From positions 1,408,001-1,472,000 of the forward strand of contig CAWFFH010000003.1 of NCBI GenBank assembly GCA_963815095.1: 64,000 bases of DNA, written 5' to 3'. Under the pieces are notes generated by a model. It was given only the letters and a program-made list of their open reading frames with translations. It ran no database searches and had not been told where the DNA came from. A program made the translations under genes and the position numbers. Shown in pieces: positions 61,438 through 64,000 of this stretch; the first letter of the stretch is position 1, and the number at the start of each line of letters is the position of its first letter. This DNA comes from Candidatus Bathyarchaeota archaeon. Lineage in GTDB: Archaea; Thermoproteota; Bathyarchaeia; Bathyarchaeales; Bathycorpusculaceae.

Positions 61438-61875
61438 ATGGCTATGGTTGATGTTTCGGGTAAAGCAGAAGTTTTCAGGGAAGCAACCGCGACTGGTTCG
61501 ATAAAGTTGAAGTCAGAGACTATTGGTTTAGTTCAGGATGGAAAAATCGCTAAAGGCGACCCCCTCTACACCGCGAAGATTGCAGGCGTGCTGGCGGCTA
61601 AACGAACAAGCGATTTGATTCCTCTTTGTCATCCATTACCATTGACTAATGTAGAAGTAGACGTGAAAGTTACCGATAAAACAACAGTATCCGCCACTGC
61701 AACCGTAAAAACCAAGGCCCAGACGGGCGTAGAAATGGAAGCCCTAACCGCAGTTTCTCTCGCGCTACTTACGGTTTGGGACATGACAAAACAATACGAA
61801 AAAGACTCCGCAGGACAATACCCTTCTACTACGATTGAGAACATTCACGTGGTCAAAAAATTTAAGCAGGTATAA
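61438..61875 (+). CDS. moaC: Cyclic pyranopterin monophosphate synthase
   Basis: MVDVSGK, LIPLCHP, TGVEMEAL and WDMTK motifs. Confidence 0.95.
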   Translation: MAMVDVSGKAEVFREATATGSIKLKSETIGLVQDGKIAKGDPLYTAKIAGVLAAKRTSDLIPLCHPLPLTNVEVDVKVTDKTTVSATATVKTKAQTGVEMEALTAVSLALLTVWDMTKQYEKDSAGQYPSTTIENIHVVKKFKQV

Positions 61876-61877
61876 TT

Positions 61878-62411
61878 ATGAGTGAAAGTTCCAAAGGACA
61901 TAAAGCAAAAGCCCCTAAAATCCTGAATTTTGGCATTTACATCTGCAGCACCTCACGTTACAACCAAATTGAAGCTGGCGAAAAAGATGTCAGCGATGTC
62001 GGCGGCGGCACCATTGTGGAACTGCTCGAGAAGGCTGGGCAAAAAGTGGTCTTCAAAAAAATTGTTGCCGATGATGAAACGATGATTCAGGATGCGGTTA
62101 TGTACGTAATGGGTTTAAATGAGGTGGATGTCGTAATCTTTTCAGGCGGCACAGGCATAACCCCCACAGACATCACGATTGAGACGGTTTTGCCATTCCT
62201 GGACAAAGTCTTGCCGGGGTTTGGCGAGTTTTTCCGCAGAATAAGCTTTGACCACGTGGGTTCCGCAGCTGTTTTATCTCGCGCTATAGCTGGAGTTGCA
62301 AGGGGCAAAGCTATCTTTTGTATCCCAGGTTCGCCTGACGCTGTGAAAACCGCGGTGGAAATACTTATTTTGCCCGAGGCTCCTCACATCGTTAAGCACG
62401 CACGTGAATAA
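61878..62411 (+). CDS. moaB: Molybdopterin adenylyltransferase MoaB/MogA
   Basis: SGGTGITPTDIT, PGFGE, SRAIAG and PGSP motifs. Confidence 0.92.
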   Translation: MSESSKGHKAKAPKILNFGIYICSTSRYNQIEAGEKDVSDVGGGTIVELLEKAGQKVVFKKIVADDETMIQDAVMYVMGLNEVDVVIFSGGTGITPTDITIETVLPFLDKVLPGFGEFFRRISFDHVGSAAVLSRAIAGVARGKAIFCIPGSPDAVKTAVEILILPEAPHIVKHARE

Positions 62412-62413
62412 CG

Positions 62414-63355
62414 ATGAGTTTAACAGACAACTGCGGCAGACCGCTTCTAAACCTTCGAATTTCGATTACTCAGCGATGTAACAATCGCTGCGCCTACTGC
62501 CACCGAGAAGGCGAAGTGCAACGTGCAAACCGCTCGGCAGAGTTAATGTCTGTGCAAGAAATCGTTCGCATCACTAAAGTTGCCGTAGGTTTAGGGATTG
62601 CGCGGATAAAGTTGACTGGCGGCGAACCCCTAATGCGCAAGGACCTGCCTGAGATCATCCATGGAATATCTGAGATCGCTGGCTTGAGAGATTTATCATT
62701 AACCACAAACGGCTTATTGCTCGGCGGAGGCATGGCAAAGAAACTAAAAGACTGTGGACTCAGACGTGTAAACATAAGTTTACCTTCCTTAAATCCAGAA
62801 ACCTACAACAAACTGACAGGCGGAAACCTCGAAGCCGCGTTGCAGGGTGTAAAAGCTGCTATTGAAGCAGATTTTCGTCCAGTTAAACTAAACACGGTTG
62901 TTTTAAAAGACGTTAACGTAGGCGATGTACCCGATCTAATTGAATACGCTGGACGCAATGACATTGTTTTGCAGCTTATCGAACTTGACCCTGTAAACGT
63001 CGGTGACAAATACTACCTTGAACACCATCGAAGTCTAGAAGAACAAGAAACTATGCTTAAAGCCAAAGCCATCTCAGTTGAGAAGCGTCCCTTCATGCAT
63101 AACCGCCTAATCTACCACCTCCCAAATGCAACAGTCGAAGTTGTAAAACCTATAGAAAACACCGACTTCTGTATGCACTGCACGCGAATGCGCATCACCA
63201 GTGACGGCAAACTAAAACCCTGCCTAATGCGAAACGATAACTTGACTGACATTTTGACGCCTATCCGTAAAGGCGCAAGCGACGAGGAACTGCAGGAACT
63301 TTTTGTTAAAGCTAACTTTTTGAGGGAACCCTACAATAAACCTAATACATTGTAA
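62414..63355 (+). CDS. moaA: GTP 3',8-cyclase (radical SAM)
   Basis: LRISITQRCNNRCAYC, LTGGEP and FCMHCTRMR..KPCL motifs. Confidence 0.95.
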   Translation: MSLTDNCGRPLLNLRISITQRCNNRCAYCHREGEVQRANRSAELMSVQEIVRITKVAVGLGIARIKLTGGEPLMRKDLPEIIHGISEIAGLRDLSLTTNGLLLGGGMAKKLKDCGLRRVNISLPSLNPETYNKLTGGNLEAALQGVKAAIEADFRPVKLNTVVLKDVNVGDVPDLIEYAGRNDIVLQLIELDPVNVGDKYYLEHHRSLEEQETMLKAKAISVEKRPFMHNRLIYHLPNATVEVVKPIENTDFCMHCTRMRITSDGKLKPCLMRNDNLTDILTPIRKGASDEELQELFVKANFLREPYNKPNTL

Positions 63356-63357
63356 GG

Positions 63358-63999
63358 CTAACTTTGATTTGACGCATATTTTGTTCTGAATCTATTTTGG
63401 GCAGCTTTAAAATCGTTTCGAATGGACTCGTTTTCTGATTGCGCTGGTATTGTCTGCTGCTTGTCTGATTTGCCTTTTGTTTCCAATAGTTTGTCAGCGC
63501 ATTCTTTGGCTTCCTCTTTTCGGTTAAGCCTAGCCAACATGATTCCTTTCCCAAGCATAGCATCTGTGAAGTTAGGTTTCAGTCGGAGTGCTTGCTCAAA
63601 AGATGCCAAGGCTTTCTGGTAGTCTGCAAGGTTGCTCCACATGAGTCCGATGTAGTAGTCGATTCTGGCGTCGGTTGGTCTTTGCATTTTTGTATCTTGA
63701 TAGCATTTGAGGGCGTCTTCGAATCTTTTGAGTTTTTGAAACGCGATGGCTAAACCCAAACGGAACTCCAAGTTATTTGGATCCAACTCAACAGCTTTTT
63801 TGAAGCATTCAACTGCTTTTTCGTTCAGATTCATTGCGGTGTAGGTTGCTGCTTTTAGGCGGTAGGCATCGGCAAATCTTGGGTCAATTTGGATTATTTT
63901 GTCGTAGGATTGGAGGGCTTCTTTGTATCTGCCCAGTTTGCCATAAATTACGCCTTTTATGAGCCAAGCATCAACATAGTCTGCTTGGAGCGCTAAAGC
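63358..63999 (-). CDS. TPR-repeat protein (5' end beyond the window)
   Basis: Frame stays open to the edge (ALALQADYVDAWLIKG..YKEALQSYDKIIQIDP..), with several TPR units. Confidence 0.88.
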   Translation of the reverse strand, partial: ALALQADYVDAWLIKGVIYGKLGRYKEALQSYDKIIQIDPRFADAYRLKAATYTAMNLNEKAVECFKKAVELDPNNLEFRLGLAIAFQKLKRFEDALKCYQDTKMQRPTDARIDYYIGLMWSNLADYQKALASFEQALRLKPNFTDAMLGKGIMLARLNRKEEAKECADKLLETKGKSDKQQTIPAQSENESIRNDFKAAQNRFRTKYASNQS

Positions 64000-64000
64000 T

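Overview
Archaeal chromosome segment. The lineage is inferred to be Bathyarchaeia (TACK) from the fused RpoA'A'', single-chain RpoB, an EF-2 paralogue lacking the diphthamide His, and an HdrBC-MvhGA operon. Core genes are hdrCB-mvhGA, purE/purC/2x purP, an EF-2 paralogue with an Ogg1-type glycosylase, two tandem tungsten AOR modules around a moaD, uppP, an M3 oligoendopeptidase, rpoB-rpoA-rpl30e-nusA, nucS, pdaD, cdc6 and moaCBA. Two tRNA genes are present: Ile2/Met-CAT and an intron-containing Leu-CAA. Variable AT-rich patches lie at about 5.8-7.6, 19.5-23.5, 34-36.7 and 44.7-52.5 kb. The main leads are: (i) a three-gene hinge-less SMC5/6-like ATPase + kleisin-like + KITE-like operon, preceded by a GC-rich, strongly base-paired candidate ncRNA; (ii) a solo-Cas1 C-terminal remnant abutting a palindromic 19-bp motif that recurs twice 8 kb away, each time just upstream of an accessory gene's promoter; (iii) a tRNA acceptor-stem/T-arm minihelix; (iv) arrays of trinucleotide-stem hairpins; and (v) a possible ACG start codon for nusA. 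All family assignments come from motif recognition by eye, not database searches.
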